DNA from: Felis catus
Lineage: Eukaryota
Reading direction: 5' to 3'
Length of the DNA: 64,000 bases
NCBI RefSeq assembly: GCF_018350175.1
Contig: NC_058373.1
Coordinates: 109,618,001 to 109,682,000, forward strand
The translations under genes and the position numbers were made by a program. The notes under the pieces are model-generated. The model was not told the DNA's origin and did not search any database. It saw only the letters and a program-made list of their open reading frames with translations. Shown here in pieces: positions 1-12,943 of the stretch (position 1 is its first letter; every line of letters begins with the position of its first letter).

Positions 1-949
1 GATAAAAGGTTGTACCTGCCACAGTTAGAACCGGGAGAAATGTGAAGTTTTACATCTGATGCTAGCCCAGCTAGGTAAGAATTCTTTTACACGATCATGA
101 AATGTGATTTCAAAAACCAGAGGCAAGATTTGTAAAAGGGCTCGTAAAGATTTTTGGACAAGAAATCCACCCTTGCGAAACAACATTTTGATGGTGTTCG
201 AAATTAGAAACATATGGACTAATTTTTCCTCGAAACACAGAATTTCACATTTAAAGAGGAACACTGCTCAGAAAAATGTGTGACATTTTTATGCAAACTC
301 AAAACATTCCCATTGGTTTGGAATACTAAAATTAAAATGCCACTACATCATTTATCTGTCCCCTAGGGACACACGTACCACGCAAGGCAGTGTTAGCATG
401 GAAACCAGACTTGGGACAAGACAGAGGATGCTTTTTAAAGTCACAGAAGCTAAAAATAAAAAGATGTGAAAGTACTGATTGATTTGTTTACTTGGGAGTG
501 TGTTTATTTGCCTGGAGAAAGTGAGAAGGAAATAGTGAATTAACCACAAGAGGGGGCAGAGAGCAAGTGACAGGCTGATGCAAATGAGGATGAGATCAAA
601 TATTCCAGAACACTCAAAAACGATTACAAGTCCAGAGATCTAAATCTGGAAAACACACATATTTTATTCTATGTTCAATATATAACTTTGTGCACTAGTC
701 AAGTCATTAAAGTTCTCTGTAAAATGAGATGGCGGAATAGATGTTCCTCCCTCTTGAAAAATACTCCCATGATTCCCTTATGCATAGAAAACATTAACAC
801 ACATTTTAATTTTCCTCGGGAAGTATTTTATACTTGAACGAGTTTTTTTGTTTGTTTGTTTGTTTACGTAAGGAAATATCAATATCAAAGAAACACTGAG
901 TTTATAAACTTTTAATTTTGCTTCCAAAAGAACTTGCATAAAATTCTAC

Positions 950-1058
950 CTGGGCATGGAAGAGTGATAGGCTCCTGACAGTGTGTAAAGGGATCAACAC
1001 TTTCACCAGAAACTGTTTGTGTTCTGCCTTAAGAGGTAAAGCAAAGCCATTGATAATA
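950..1058 (-). CDS. PPP2R5E: PPP2R5E coding exon 8 (109 nt): (S)[36 protein letters not shown]
   Basis: Manual translation of the minus strand; acceptor ttttcctag|T ATT ATC AAT, donor GCC CAG|gtagaa; phase 2 continues from exon 7; matches the B56-epsilon sequence as recalled. Confidence 0.96.
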
Positions 1059-2040
1059 CTAGGAAAAAGAAAAAAGAAACATGAATTAGCAGCATGATCA
1101 CAACCAACTAAACCGAGACCACCTGTTCATAGAAGGACCAGGTTAAATCGGAATCAGTTTCTGTTGGGTCCAGAACAACCTAAACCCCACCCCAGTGGCA
1201 TCCAAGATTTCCCAGTTACTTCAAAGAGCACATTTAAGCAGGAAGGAAATTAAAGAAAATTTGCTGATGATCTCCTAGCATGGGCTCTCATGCTCTTAAA
1301 CCGAGTAAATGATTCTGAGCAACAGAAAGCTGTTCGATCAAAGACTCTTTATTTTTCCTTCCCCCTAAAACTGCTCACTTATGACCCTTTCCGTTTGTAG
1401 ATATCATTCCTGGAATTTCTTCTCAGACCAAGAATACCACAGATATAGAGCCCAGCCTGGGGAAATCACAGAAAAAACCATGGGACTCCACCTTCTTTTT
1501 CTCCTCCTATTAGGGGGAGAGACTAAGTAATCACATTGTCCAGTTACATTAACCTCCCTTGTGTGTAGAAACCTACACAACAGCTGTCTCTTTCCAATTC
1601 ATTCCACTCGTCCAGGCAGCAGCTGTTCAAGAACTACGCCTGGGTACATGGCTCCTGTGAAAAAGGCAATCCTTCCAATTTATCTGAACTTGTGGTCAAA
1701 AGATACGGCAAAGGACAGGTAGCCCAGAAACTAACAAGAAAGAATAAGGTGTATGGGAGTAACTGGCCTGGCTGCAATCAGATGTACTGTCTCTGTAGCA
1801 ATGAACAAACTGTTAGCTCTTTCAGTCATTCCAGTAGAATTAGGAATGCCTAATTGTGGAACAAGGGGGAACAAGAAATCACGTCTTGTAGGGTCAGCTG
1901 GGAAATAGGCTAAGGCACAAATTAGAGTACCCGATGTACATACAGCAAGAGATCTAGGTCAGAGTTGCCCTGTGCCACTTGAATCTAATTTGCAAAATGT
2001 TATTCACCTGAGATTAGCAATTAGCTAAAAATGTGCTTAC

Positions 2041-2100
2041 CTTCCTAATATTTCCAGCAGTTCGGCTACACCATTGAAGTGTTCTGTTTCATAAACAAAC
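2041..2100 (-). CDS. PPP2R5E: PPP2R5E coding exon 7 (60 nt): (R)FVYETEHFNGVAELLEILG(S)
   Basis: Acceptor tttaaaaaag|G TTT GTT TAT, donor GGA AG|gtaagc; frame continuous with exons 6 and 8. Confidence 0.96.
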
Positions 2101-2128
2101 CTTTTTTAAAAAGGAAAGAAGGAATAAA

Positions 2129-2135
2129 GTCAGTA
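2129..2135 (-). promoter_or_regulatory. Branch point TACTGAC of the 119-nt intron 6
   Basis: Consensus yUnAy branch heptamer with the A at -30 from the exon 7 acceptor, followed by a pyrimidine tract. Confidence 0.7.
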
Positions 2136-2219
2136 CATGATGTTCAAATATTTGATGTTTACTTAACACTTCTATGAAACCACCGATTTTACTCGTCCTC
2201 CCCCCCACCCTTCACTTAC

Positions 2220-2350
2220 CTTAGAAAAATATTGTTAATCTGTTTTCGGATAAATGCTCTAAGACCAAGAAATTTGCCATAAATTCTGTGTAAGACTGTT
2301 TTTAAGTAGTCCCGTTCCCGAGGGTCTTCGCTGTCAAATAGCTCCAAAAG
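2220..2350 (-). CDS. PPP2R5E: PPP2R5E coding exon 6 (131 nt): [43 protein letters not shown](R)
   Basis: Within ORF 2216..2422; hallmark B56 motif [11 protein letters not shown]; acceptor tttacaacag|CTT, donor CTA AG|gtaagt. Confidence 0.97.
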
Positions 2351-2584
2351 CTGTTGTAAATGAAAGACAGAGTGGAAGTCAGAAGTGGTTTCAGGAAAGG
2401 ATTTAGGAGTTCTGCCACTCATGATTTAAAATCCCTCCCTCCTTTCCTTCCTCAAAAGTTTATTATGGGCCAGGCACAGTGCTAGTCTTTGGAAATACAA
2501 AGATAAATCAGTCAGACAAGGGGCTTACATTCTAATGAAGAGATAAACACAATAATAATCATCGTAACAACAGTAAGAGGTAAC

Positions 2585-2805
2585 ACACATACTGCACTTA
2601 GCACGATTATCATGCAACTTTCTAAGCAATCTACTTATGTTAATCCTTCCTACAAAGTAGTGTTATCCCCATTTTACAGTTGAGGATATTGGGGCTCAGA
2701 GATCGTTGGGCAACTTGCCTTTGGTCTCACACCAATAAATGGCAAAGCTGGGGTTTGAAACCAAACAACTGATGCCCTAGAGTCTGTGATTTCAGCTGCT
2801 GCACT
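2585..2805 (-). mobile_element. MIR SINE remnant
   Basis: MIR core reverse complement: ttatccccattttacagttgagga...caacttgcc...ggcaaagctggggtttgaaaccaa. Confidence 0.75.
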
Positions 2806-3109
2806 CCTATAACAAACTACCTACTGAGCTCATGTTCCAAATATACAGTTAGGATAAGCCTTCAGCTCTCCCCGAGCATGCAGGTAAATGAATCAACCTA
2901 AACCAAAGCCAACATCTAAAAGCCCCCAGTGATCCTGGCAGTGTTCTCTTTGTAGAGCTTGGTTCTTGTTACACAGGTGTACTCACTTTGTAAACACTCA
3001 CTGAGGTGAACATTTATGATTTCTGTATGTTTATTATACATGGATGACATTCTTTCAACTTCCACTCACTTGTAATCTACAGTCAGTAACTGAATCCTAA
3101 TAAGATATC

Positions 3110-3548
3110 AACTTATGTCAACAACAAAACCTGTACATGAACGTTCACAGCGGCATGATTCACAATAGCGCAAAGTGGAAACAACCCTAATGGCCATCAA
3201 CTAATGCACGGATGAGCAAAATGTGCTACAATGGACTATTATTCAGCCCACAAAAAGGAATGAAGAACTGCTACCACACGGAGGAGCCTCTGAAACATCA
3301 TGCTAAGTGAAAGAAGCCAAACACACGGGCCACATACTGTAGGAGCAGGCAAATCCACAGAGACAGAAAGCAGAATGAAGAATGTCCGCTAAGGAGTATG
3401 GCGTTTCTTTGCGGGATGCTAAAACACGTTCTGTGATTATATAGCAGTCATGCATACACAACTTGGTGAATATACTAAGCAACACTAAGTTGGAAACTTT
3501 TTTAAAAGGGTGGATTTTACGGTATGTGAATTATATTTCAATAAAGCT
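3110..3548 (+). mobile_element. Old L1 (L1M-type) 3' end fragment
   Basis: L1 ORF2-end/3'UTR motifs: tggaaacaaccctaatg, aatggactattattcagcc, gtgaaagaagcca, gtatgtgaattatatttcaataaagc. Confidence 0.8.
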
Positions 3549-4039
3549 TGTCTTTTTCTTTCTTTCTCTTTTTTTAAATGACAGTGGGCAGGTTCCTCCA
3601 GCTGAAGAACAAACTTGAAGACTGGTTTGAATTTTACAGAGTTCCTCATACATTCATTATCATCACAATAAAACAAGACTCACAGTTTATACTAAAGTTG
3701 ACTTTACAGCAAAACATCTCAAGAGCATACTGACAGTATACAAATGAACACAGACTACACTAATTACCAAAAAAGCTATCAAGACACACGTAAGCATGAT
3801 TTCAGGTGATTAAGACATGAGGCTGACAGCAGAAGAATAACTCAGTGGGCAGTAATCAAATAAATTATCTGCTTTTGCTTGGTGCTTTTCGTTGAACAAA
3901 GACACAATTACAGACAAAGAATGGCCCTTCAAATAACGGCAGGAAGTACAAACTGAAGGAGAATCTTCAAAATTGGGCAGGGACAGAAATGCAATTTTTG
4001 GCTACACAATGTCATCCATCTATCTATCCGTCCACCCGT

Positions 4040-4365
4040 CTGTCCATTCAAAAATCAAGCACCTCAAATAAATATGTCTGCCTATCCAGAGCCAGCCACT
4101 GGGCAAGGTGTCAGAGATACAACGGTGAGCAAGACAGACACAATCAGCTTTCACAAAGCCAAGCCTAAATGAGCGATACCGGTGAACGGACAGCATAAGT
4201 GGTTTAGGATACTATATGAACACACAGCAGACAAATCCACTCTACTGGGGAGAAGTGGAGTGGTAGGGAAGGCTTCTGGAGGAAGTGACATCCAGACAGA
4301 CCCATGAAGAAATGAGAAGGCTGAAGTGGAGGGAGAGCGTTCATGGCAGGCTCAACAGCACATAC
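4040..4365 (-). mobile_element. L2 LINE 3' fragment
   Basis: Reverse L2 3' end: cattca...gagatacaacggtgagcaagacagac...agggaaggcttctggaggaagtgaca. Confidence 0.6.
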
Positions 4366-5379
4366 CTTCACCAGCAGCCCATCAGAATAGAAGCTGTTAA
4401 GACAACTGCCGTCTCTCTGCCCCGTCAGCCATGCAGTCCATCAACCAATCAATCAATGTCCGCACATGCCAAGAACTGTCCTTGTTACTGTGCACACACA
4501 CACTAGTGAAAAACTTGGGAGCCCACAGGGAAAGCAACGAGCAAGTCGACTAAACACTTCCACAGGGAACACTCTAAGAAGGAAAGGTATGTGGCCCCAT
4601 AAGCAAAAAGGTCCCAGGGGCCCAGTATCTCTTATCTACCACACACACAAAATGACATAAGATCTCTAACCTACTCATCCTACTCCTTGTTAATGGAAAT
4701 AATTAACCTTTTAAGTTCTACTTTTTAATCTGGTTTCTATTTTTAGGTGTTATAAAAGGGTTTAATGGGTAATTTGCAACCAACATAAGAGAAGGTTTGA
4801 GGGGGTGTACTGTTAGCAAAACCTGAATCAACTATGTTTATGTACTATTAATCTTAAGAGTTTAATGAAAATATAATTAAGCAAAAATTATTTAACTTGT
4901 GTTTTCATTAGGCACTCAAAAAACCATGCATTACCAGGCATCTAACTTAAGTCATTTACAAAGCCACAGATAGTATCATCATATATGATGTCCTATGAGA
5001 AAGAAAGATAAATTACATTATATAAATTACTTTTTTGCGGCTCTATAGAACACATTTTTGGTGAGTTCATGATATAAAAGACAAAAGAAAAAGTATAACA
5101 ACACACAGGTCGAGAAAAGGAGGAGAGGGATGAGCTAGCTCTGCTTTCCGAAACAAAATGACACACTTGTGCTTAGTCATATAGACACGGCCCACAAAAA
5201 AGCAATGAGAAATCTCATCCAGCATCTGTAAATGCCTAGTGAACTGCACTCCCTACAATGTAGCAGGCAACTTGTTGTCAGAGAAAAGCTGACAAAGTCT
5301 GTAGGTGACTACAGAGCAAAGATAGACCTGTCAACATGCTGACTCCTAGTTTACAAAGCCAGCTTTCCTGAAGCTCACA

Positions 5380-7910
5380 AACAAGGATGAACTGGGGAGT
5401 GATTTAGCCAAAGAACCCTCCTTTGAACCTAATCATAAATCTCCAGGGACATAAAAAGGGCAAAATGAAAAAGGCAGTTAGGGTCTCCCAATCAGACATG
5501 GGAGACTGAAACTCTCTCCTGAGTCCCCCCTGAGATTAGAATAAAAGAATAAAAATGGAAGAAACCCACGGGGCAAAGAGGAATGGAGAGCAGATGAGAC
5601 AAATTTACACGTTTTTCAAAGATGGAAAGTGGATGGCAAGGGGTAACTATCTTAGGTTTCCTCTTTCTCCACTCTGCTAAGTGTTTTTCCATCCTGCCAG
5701 CAAGGAAGGGAGCCAACAAGAAGCAAGCCAGTTCACACTAGAGAACCCTTAAAAGGCTTAAGAACTGAAGACACCAGATATATTTGATGGCAAGGGTGTG
5801 GGGAGCTAAAAACAGGAGGGCTGGTTGAAAGTTTGTCGAAAGAGTAACAAGACCTCCCAGATCCGTGTCCCAAGCAGTGGACTAAAGATTTACAATCAAA
5901 ATCTGGAGAGATTAAGCACCCAAGTCTCTCATCTTCAAGACACTGTACACAGCTAAGTGAAAAATTAAAAAAAAAAGGGGGGGGGGATTAAATAACAGTC
6001 AGCATGCTGAAGAATGAGACTTCTGCCGGTCCCTTTGCCTAAGCCCTCAAAATCCTGGATGAGGTAGGAGATAGGAAGGTCCCTTTTGAGGGACCTCAGC
6101 CTCAGCCTCTTGACAGCCTCAAGAGGAAACACCTGTTGATACAGATATTTGAGGGTCTGTCATTGAAAGAGCAAGGTCTCTGCCCAATGTGCTAAGTGTC
6201 TCCCATTTGTGTGCATGCATGCACACACGCATGCTCACACACACACACGCGCGCGCTCTAAGAAGGCTCTTCAATGGTTCTAAGAAGCCTCTCTGATGAC
6301 TAACATGTAACTATGAAGCCAAGGATCACCAGCATTCTAACACAAGAGACCAAAACAAACAATCATAAAGACATCAGAGGAAAGAGCCACAATGCAAGCA
6401 AAGAAACAAACAAACCAAAAAAAAACCAAAACAAAACAAAAAAAACTGCAAAAAAGAACTTATCCCCAGAAATAAACAAACCTATTGGATCCCTGAAACA
6501 AAACAGAGCAACTACAGATGGATATTCAGAAAATAAAAAGAACTTCTGGAAATTCAAGATGTAACAGAAATAAAACTTCCAGAAGAACTGGAACATTACA
6601 ATGAGCAAATCTATCCTGAAAGTATAGAAGAAGATAGTATATAGAAGAAAGAAGGTAACTAGAGGATCCATCTGGAAGGTCCAACACGTTCCAAACAGGC
6701 ACAGAGAACAGACACACAGACACAAAAACAAAGCACATGAAATTATCTAAGAAAGAATTCAATGCAATTTTCCAGAAAAAGGGGACATGAGTTTCGATAC
6801 CGCTAAGGGCCAGTATGTTCTCTGCACAATTAATAAACAAAGACCTACAGCAAAGCACATCAGTTTGAATTATGTGGACACTGGGGACAAAGAAAAGATC
6901 TCAAAAGCGGAGAGAGAAAATAGGTCACTATAAAGGATAAGGAGTCCCAGTTGGTGCAGGCCTTCTCAATACCAATACTGGAAGTAGAAGACAATCTAGA
7001 ACTCCCTAAAACATCTGAGAGAATATGAGTTCTAAACCATAAAGCTATCCCTAGCCAAAATGTCAATCAAGTGTGTGGGTAGAATAAAGACATGTTCAGA
7101 GAAGCAGGTCTCGAAAACTTACAAACCATTCATACCTTCTTAGGAAGCATCTAGAAGACGTATTCTGCCAAAATCAAAGAGAGGGAGATAAGCAAGCAAA
7201 GAGTGCAGAAGCAGAGTGCAGAAGAGTGGCAAAGGGAAATCCCAGGATAACTACGGTGGATACAGCCTAGAGGAAGCCACCAGTGCCAACCAGAGCAAGA
7301 TGCCCAGAGCTCCAGCTCTGGGAAGGAGACCTTCAGGGAAAACAATGGAACTACAGAGTAGCCAATGTGTGGGCCAGACTGAGAAAAGCTGTACATTGCA
7401 CTCAGAGAAGAACAGAGGGATGAACTAGTAACCAATACCCAGAAAAGCAAGCATGTGAAAAATAAGGCAACTATTAATTCCAGGGGGTTAAAAAAAAAAA
7501 AAAAAAAAAGCTCTACAGAAGAAGAAACACAATTATAGCATAACATGTGCCTTGGCTGAGAACAACACGTACACTAATGCAAACACTACAATTTCATTAA
7601 ATTTTGTGACACAACTACATTGTTGAGATATAAAGGAAGAGATAGAGAGGGAGACATATAAAGATATACAGTAGGAAAAGATTTTAAAAAATCAAGGAAC
7701 AGCATTAAGAATGCAATTTAGAGAAATGGAAATCATACAAGGAAATACATGTAAACTGCTAGAAGACTTGAATGTGGTTACCTCTAGCGATTGAGACTCT
7801 GGGTTGGGGAAGGATGAGTCAGAAGAGTGTTATTTTTCTTTATAAATCATATAAATACATTCGAATTACTTAATAGGCATTACTTTGTTAATTAAAACTA
7901 TTTTTTCAAA
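5380..7910 (+). mobile_element. Degraded HAL1 / L1 ORF1-like element
   Basis: A-rich, L1 ORF1-like motifs (ggggacaaagaaaagatc, gccttctcaataccaatactggaagtagaagacaat, aatcaagtgtgtgggtagaataaagacat); no intact ORF. Confidence 0.6.
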
Positions 7911-8593
7911 ATTCAGGGCAAAAGGTTTGAAACAAAACGTCCAACTGCCCTCTACTAGGATAAAGAAGCAACTACCCTGCCCTCCATTCCATGTAAAGAA
8001 TATCAGAATGTAAAGAATATCAGAAATGCTCAAGTGAACAATCAATGTAACTGGTATTCTAAATGTTTTCATCCAAATTAAAATCAGGTCTCCAAATTTC
8101 TGGCTTTGTTTTTTACCTTAGCTATTCTACAACCTGAAAAATAATGATATCTCCTGAACACCTTTACCGTGACCGGGTAATGCACGTGGAGAAAACAGCC
8201 CAGAACCAAGCAACGAGAGCCAACAGCAGCCTGACTCCAATGAATGAGAACAACTCAAGAGGACCAACGTATGAAATGAGCTCATCTGGGGGCACCACTG
8301 AAAGCACGGTGGGGACAAGGGGTGGAAAGGCTGCACGCTGTAAGCTTCTAGCAATTCTGACTTCAAGACTCTGATGGAAACTCAGTATAAAGATTTCAAA
8401 GGTGGAAGTCACACAAACACGAACAACTCTGTCAAGTCATATGCTTTTATTTTCTTCCTAATTTCTATGCTTCCCACATACTAGACAAGTCCATTGTTTT
8501 CTCCCTCAACAAAACCTTGCAATTTAAAATCTTAAGACAATCAATTTGGTCAGCACTTCAAGAAAGAGCTGTTACTCTACATAATGATGCAGG

Positions 8594-8858
8594 CAGGGAC
8601 TAGCCACATAATTTGTGGAGCCCAATGCAAAATGAGAATGTGGGGCTCCTTGTTCAAAAACTAGTAGGAATTTCTGGGGCGCCTGGGTGGCTCAGTGGGC
8701 TAAGCAACCGACTACGGTTCAGGTCATGATCTCGCGTCTCGTGAGTTCGAGCCCAGTGTCGGGGCACTGTGCTGACAGTTCAGAGCCAGGAGCCTTCTTC
8801 AGATTCTCTCTGCCCCTCCTTGCTCACGCTGTCTCTCGCTGTCTCTCGCTGTCTCTCG

Positions 8859-8898
<40 letters not shown>

Positions 8899-9041
8899 AA
8901 TAGAAATTAAACATTAAAAAAAATTAAAAACCATTAAGAATTTCAAGACCACAATGGCAAAGCATTAAACCAAGAGCAGGGCCCTTCTCAGCCCGGGGCC
9001 GGTGTCATCGCCCAAGCTGCGCAACCAGAAAGCTGGCTCTG
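8594..9041 (-). mobile_element. MER45A hAT MITE, full length, interrupted by a CanSINE
   Basis: Matches the MER45A consensus as recalled; CAG...CTG termini; 8-bp TSD gatgcagg (8586-8593) / aatgcagg (9042-9049). Confidence 0.85.
8676..8925 (+). mobile_element. CanSINE (SINEC_Fc-type) nested in MER45A
   Basis: ggggcgcctgggtggctcag head, B-box gagttcgagcc, (CT)n, A tail. Confidence 0.95.
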
Positions 9042-10208
9042 AATGCAGGAGTCCGGGCAGGAAAGCCCTTTCCCAAGGTTCTTAAGTTACAGGTTACACT
9101 GGAGGGGATGAGGTGAAGAGGTAGTTTACCGTTTATCGGTAATGGCTACCTGATAAAATTCCTGATAGAAATAAATTCTCTAAAGCTTTATATGCTACAG
9201 CCTCTGAGAGAGAATGTAAACATTTTGGCATATTCAAGGAACTTGTTTGGAAAATAGCTCTTTGTATCAGAGCTGATGTTCAAGGCCTCATGAAATTTAT
9301 TTCAGTTTAAAACTTAAAAGTTTTTAACAGGTTGCTGTGGGGCACGTCCAATTTGTCTTGAGTTTTTAAAACACAATAACGAAACGTCACTTTTAAGGAC
9401 AGGGTAAATGATTTGCATAATTTGCATGGTAATTATCACACCTTTCAGCTTAAATATAACTGCAAATGTGAAATACAAATTACTAAGTCGCAATCTCCAG
9501 CAGTACATATGTTTACAGGGACACCTGAACAGTGTGTCTCTTAGCAACCACTGACTGCTTTTCAGATTTGCAGAGTGGTTGAAAGCAGTCTTTAGAAATA
9601 TGCTACTAAACTCTTGCCACGATAATACACCCAACGAAATAATTCAAGGTTTGGCAACTCATTTTTTGATCGGGTGGGGGAAGGAGAGATCATAAAGAAA
9701 CCACTTTCCCAACTGTCCTAACACAGATGAAAATTATCTTTATTGGGAATAGACACGTGTGTTCCATAAGCCAAAGTCAGCCTGCACACCTGTAGCTCTA
9801 CAAGGCAGCTGCTAAGTCTAAAATCAACATGACAACAGACACAAGTGTACTATGCAATCAAGTGACTCTCTAGATAAATCTGACAGCTTTCTTTTATAAA
9901 GACTTAGATTAAGTATATAAGAAATGCTAAAGGTTACGTAAATCTAGATTTAATAAAAATTACAGCGAAATTTAAGCAAGCCACTCAGTCATACCATTCT
10001 TAAATAAAAAACAGCAAACCCTTCAAAGGTACAAGTTACAGAGAGTTCTGTCTGGCCCGTACAAAAATCTGGATTTCCGGGTTCTCTTGACCTCTTGAGG
10101 TCACTGCTGTCTCCATCACTCCTTCCTGTCACACTCAGACTACTTCATTCCGTACCACTTGTCTGGCCTCAATAAATATTTGGATGTCCTATCTTTCCTT
10201 CTCATCTA

Positions 10209-10273
10209 TTTTTTTTTAAGTTTATATATTTGTTTTGAGAGAGAGAGAGAGATAAGAGCATGAGGAGGAGAAG

Positions 10274-10323
<50 letters not shown>

Positions 10324-10449
10324 CCCAAGCAGGCTCCACGCTATCAGCACAGAACCCAATGTGGGGCTTGATCCCATACACCGTGAGATCACAACCTGAG
10401 CCGAAATCAAGAGTCAGATGCCTAACCGACTGAGCCACCCAGGCACCTC
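10209..10449 (-). mobile_element. CanSINE with long (AG)n tract
   Basis: tgagccacccaggcacc end, (AG)n at 10277-10320, TSD-like ttctca(t/c)ctatt. Confidence 0.95.
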
Positions 10450-10749
10450 TGCTTCTTCTCACCTATTAAAAGTCTATGCTCCTGGCACTAATGCACATTC
10501 ACTTCTAACACTGGAAGAAATCAGTTGGTGAAATGAATCCAAGGACAGGAGAGACCACATTTAACACCTGAAAAAAATCTCTCAATAGCCAGAGTCCAAA
10601 GGGTTTTTTTTTTTTTTGACTTTTATAAAGGTAAAAGTCGAATTTCAAAAAAAAATTCATAACATGGGGGTTAAGATGTTGACAGACAAATACCATGTGA
10701 CTTCACAGACTGAGGCTATTCTAGAAAATATGATGAAAGAAGATTCTTA

Positions 10750-10980
10750 GTGTTGTCAGGAACTGTTCTAAGTGCCTATGCATGTATTCACTTAATAAAT
10801 CTCCACAACCACCTCTCAACAAAACTACGATTATGTTGTGGATATTTTGCATCTACTTTCCAGATGAGGAAACGGAGGCAACACAGTTATATAACTTGCC
10901 CAAGGTCATGCACTAAAAAATGGCAGAGCCTGAATTCAAACCAGTCTATCCACTTCACCTCTAATCTATACTGCTTCCTG
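10750..10980 (-). mobile_element. MIR SINE remnant
   Basis: cagatgaggaaacggaggc...taacttgcccaaggtca...tggcagagcctgaattcaaacc. Confidence 0.8.
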
Positions 10981-11958
10981 ATGAGGAAGAAAAATGAGTA
11001 GTGTTGAGAAAGGTTCTTGGGGCAACACCGGAAGTTTTCCACTGAGCGTCAGATTTTAACAGGACACATACAAGTGATGAAAACAAATGTTAAGTATAAA
11101 TGAATGGTGTAGTCTTACAAAAACAGTCTTACGAAGGCTAATGCACAGAGTCAGCTGAGATTGATGAAAAATGCAACGCAACAAAGTGAGACTCAGTAAA
11201 TAACTTATTTATAATTTTATTAAATAAAATTTAAAAATTACTAACGTAATTATAATCACTGCTGATAACATACATGGTCATTTTTTAAATGTAAAAAATA
11301 GAGAAATACAAAAAATCAGAAAGTAACATTCTTCACACTTAATCACATTCTACCAGACAATTAATAACAGTTTGCCTTCCAAAACTTTTAGTGCATATGC
11401 AAATATTCCTTTTCCCTAAAATACGAGACTCAAATTCAAAAACATCATACTGTTCCATAATATGCATGTTTCACTTCAAAACAGATCTTGTGTAGCTCTA
11501 TCTCATTCTTTCTACAAAATGATGAATATCCCATTATATGAATGTCCACAACCAACACCCTACTGAGGAACATTTAAACTGTTTCCAATTTATATTAACA
11601 ATGATGCATTCCCCATGCTTGTACATATATATCTTTGGGTACACACCTGACTATTTCTCATGGAATTGCTCAGTGGATAAAATTTAAGCCAACAGAATCC
11701 TCCCAGCTTTCCTCTCCGGAGGATTTTTACCAATGCATTGGTACATTATTTATGGTTTACGTTTTCCACTTAAGCCTCTGCTAAGTTCCAGTCTCCTGTA
11801 CCCATGCCACACTGTTTTAATCCATGTGCCTTTATAGTTTTAATATAGTACATTCATGGTTATGAATAAATATCTAATAGGCAAAGGATCTTTAGTTTTC
11901 TATTTCAAAAATTTATTTCATGAACTTTGAAATTTTCAAATAAACTACTAAAAAAAAA

Positions 11959-12169
11959 TTTTTTTTATTCTTTATTTATTTCTGAGAGACAGCAAGACAG
12001 AGTGCGAGTGGGGGAGGAACAGAGAGAGAGGGAGACACAGAATCCGAAGCGGGATCCAGGCTCTGGGCTGTCAGCGCAGAGCCCGATGCGGGGCTTGAAC
12101 GCACGAACTGCAAGATCATGACCTGAGCCAAAGTCGGACACTTAACTGACTGAGCCACCCAGGCACCCC
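11959..12169 (-). mobile_element. CanSINE
   Basis: Reverse CanSINE consensus ending tgagccacccaggcacccc. Confidence 0.95.
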
Positions 12170-12317
12170 TGAAATTGTAATTAGAATTGCACTAAATGTA
12201 TAAATTAACTTGGAGATTCTATGGATATCCTTATGATGGCAAGTTTCCCATCTAGGAGTATCTCATTTGTTCAAGGCTTCTTTGCAAAAATTTCTTATAA
12301 GTTTTACATAAACTTTT

Positions 12318-12568
12318 TAAAAAAAATGTTTATTTATTTTGAACAAGAGTGAGCATGCACACACACTTGTGAACAAGTGGGGGGGGGGGGGAGAGACAGA
12401 GAGAGCGAGAGGGAGGGAGGCAAGGAGGGAGGGAGAGAGAATCCTAAACAGGCTGCTTGCAATCAGTGCAAAGCCCGACACGGAGCTTGATCTTGTGAAC
12501 TGTGAGATCACGATCTGAACTGAAATTAAGAGTTGGATACTTAACCAACTGAGCCACCCGGGCGCCGC
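12318..12568 (-). mobile_element. CanSINE
   Basis: Reverse consensus; TSD acataaactttt on both sides. Confidence 0.95.
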
Positions 12569-12610
12569 TCACATAAACTTTTAAATTTCATTTTGAAAGG
12601 TGGAGATTGA

Positions 12611-12612
12611 TT

Positions 12613-12659
<47 letters not shown>

Positions 12660-12761
12660 TTTTAAGTAGGCTTCACACCCAGAACAGAGCCCAATTGAGA
12701 TCAAGACCATAGTTGAGATCAAGAGTCAGATGCTTAACTGACCAAGCCACCCAGGTGCCCC
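12611..12761 (-). mobile_element. Short CanSINE with (TTTA)n tail
   Basis: Head ccacccaggtgcccc; tail (TTTA)n at 12612-12663; TSD aaaggtggag. Confidence 0.9.
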
Positions 12762-12804
12762 AAAAGGTGGAGGTTTTAAAGTTAATATTGGAATAAAAAG
12801 AATA

Positions 12805-12943
12805 AGACTACTAATGTGGGTAAACAATATAATATGAGGAGGGTATAAAAAGGGGAATTAGTATTTAATGAGCAAGATAGACTACTAATGTGAGTAAACA
12901 ATATATGAGGCAGTATAAAAAGAGGAATTCGTATTTAATGAGC
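12805..12943. repeat. ~70-nt diverged tandem duplication
   Basis: agactactaatgtg...gtatttaatgagc occurs at 12805-12873 and 12879-12943. Confidence 0.9.

Noticed and set aside
1..949. Next PPP2R5E exon (LAYCIVQFLEKD...)
   Set aside because: Not found in 1-949; lies beyond the window
7991..8024. Perfect 17-nt tandem duplication atgtaaagaatatcaga x2
   Set aside because: Ordinary slippage duplication with no functional cue
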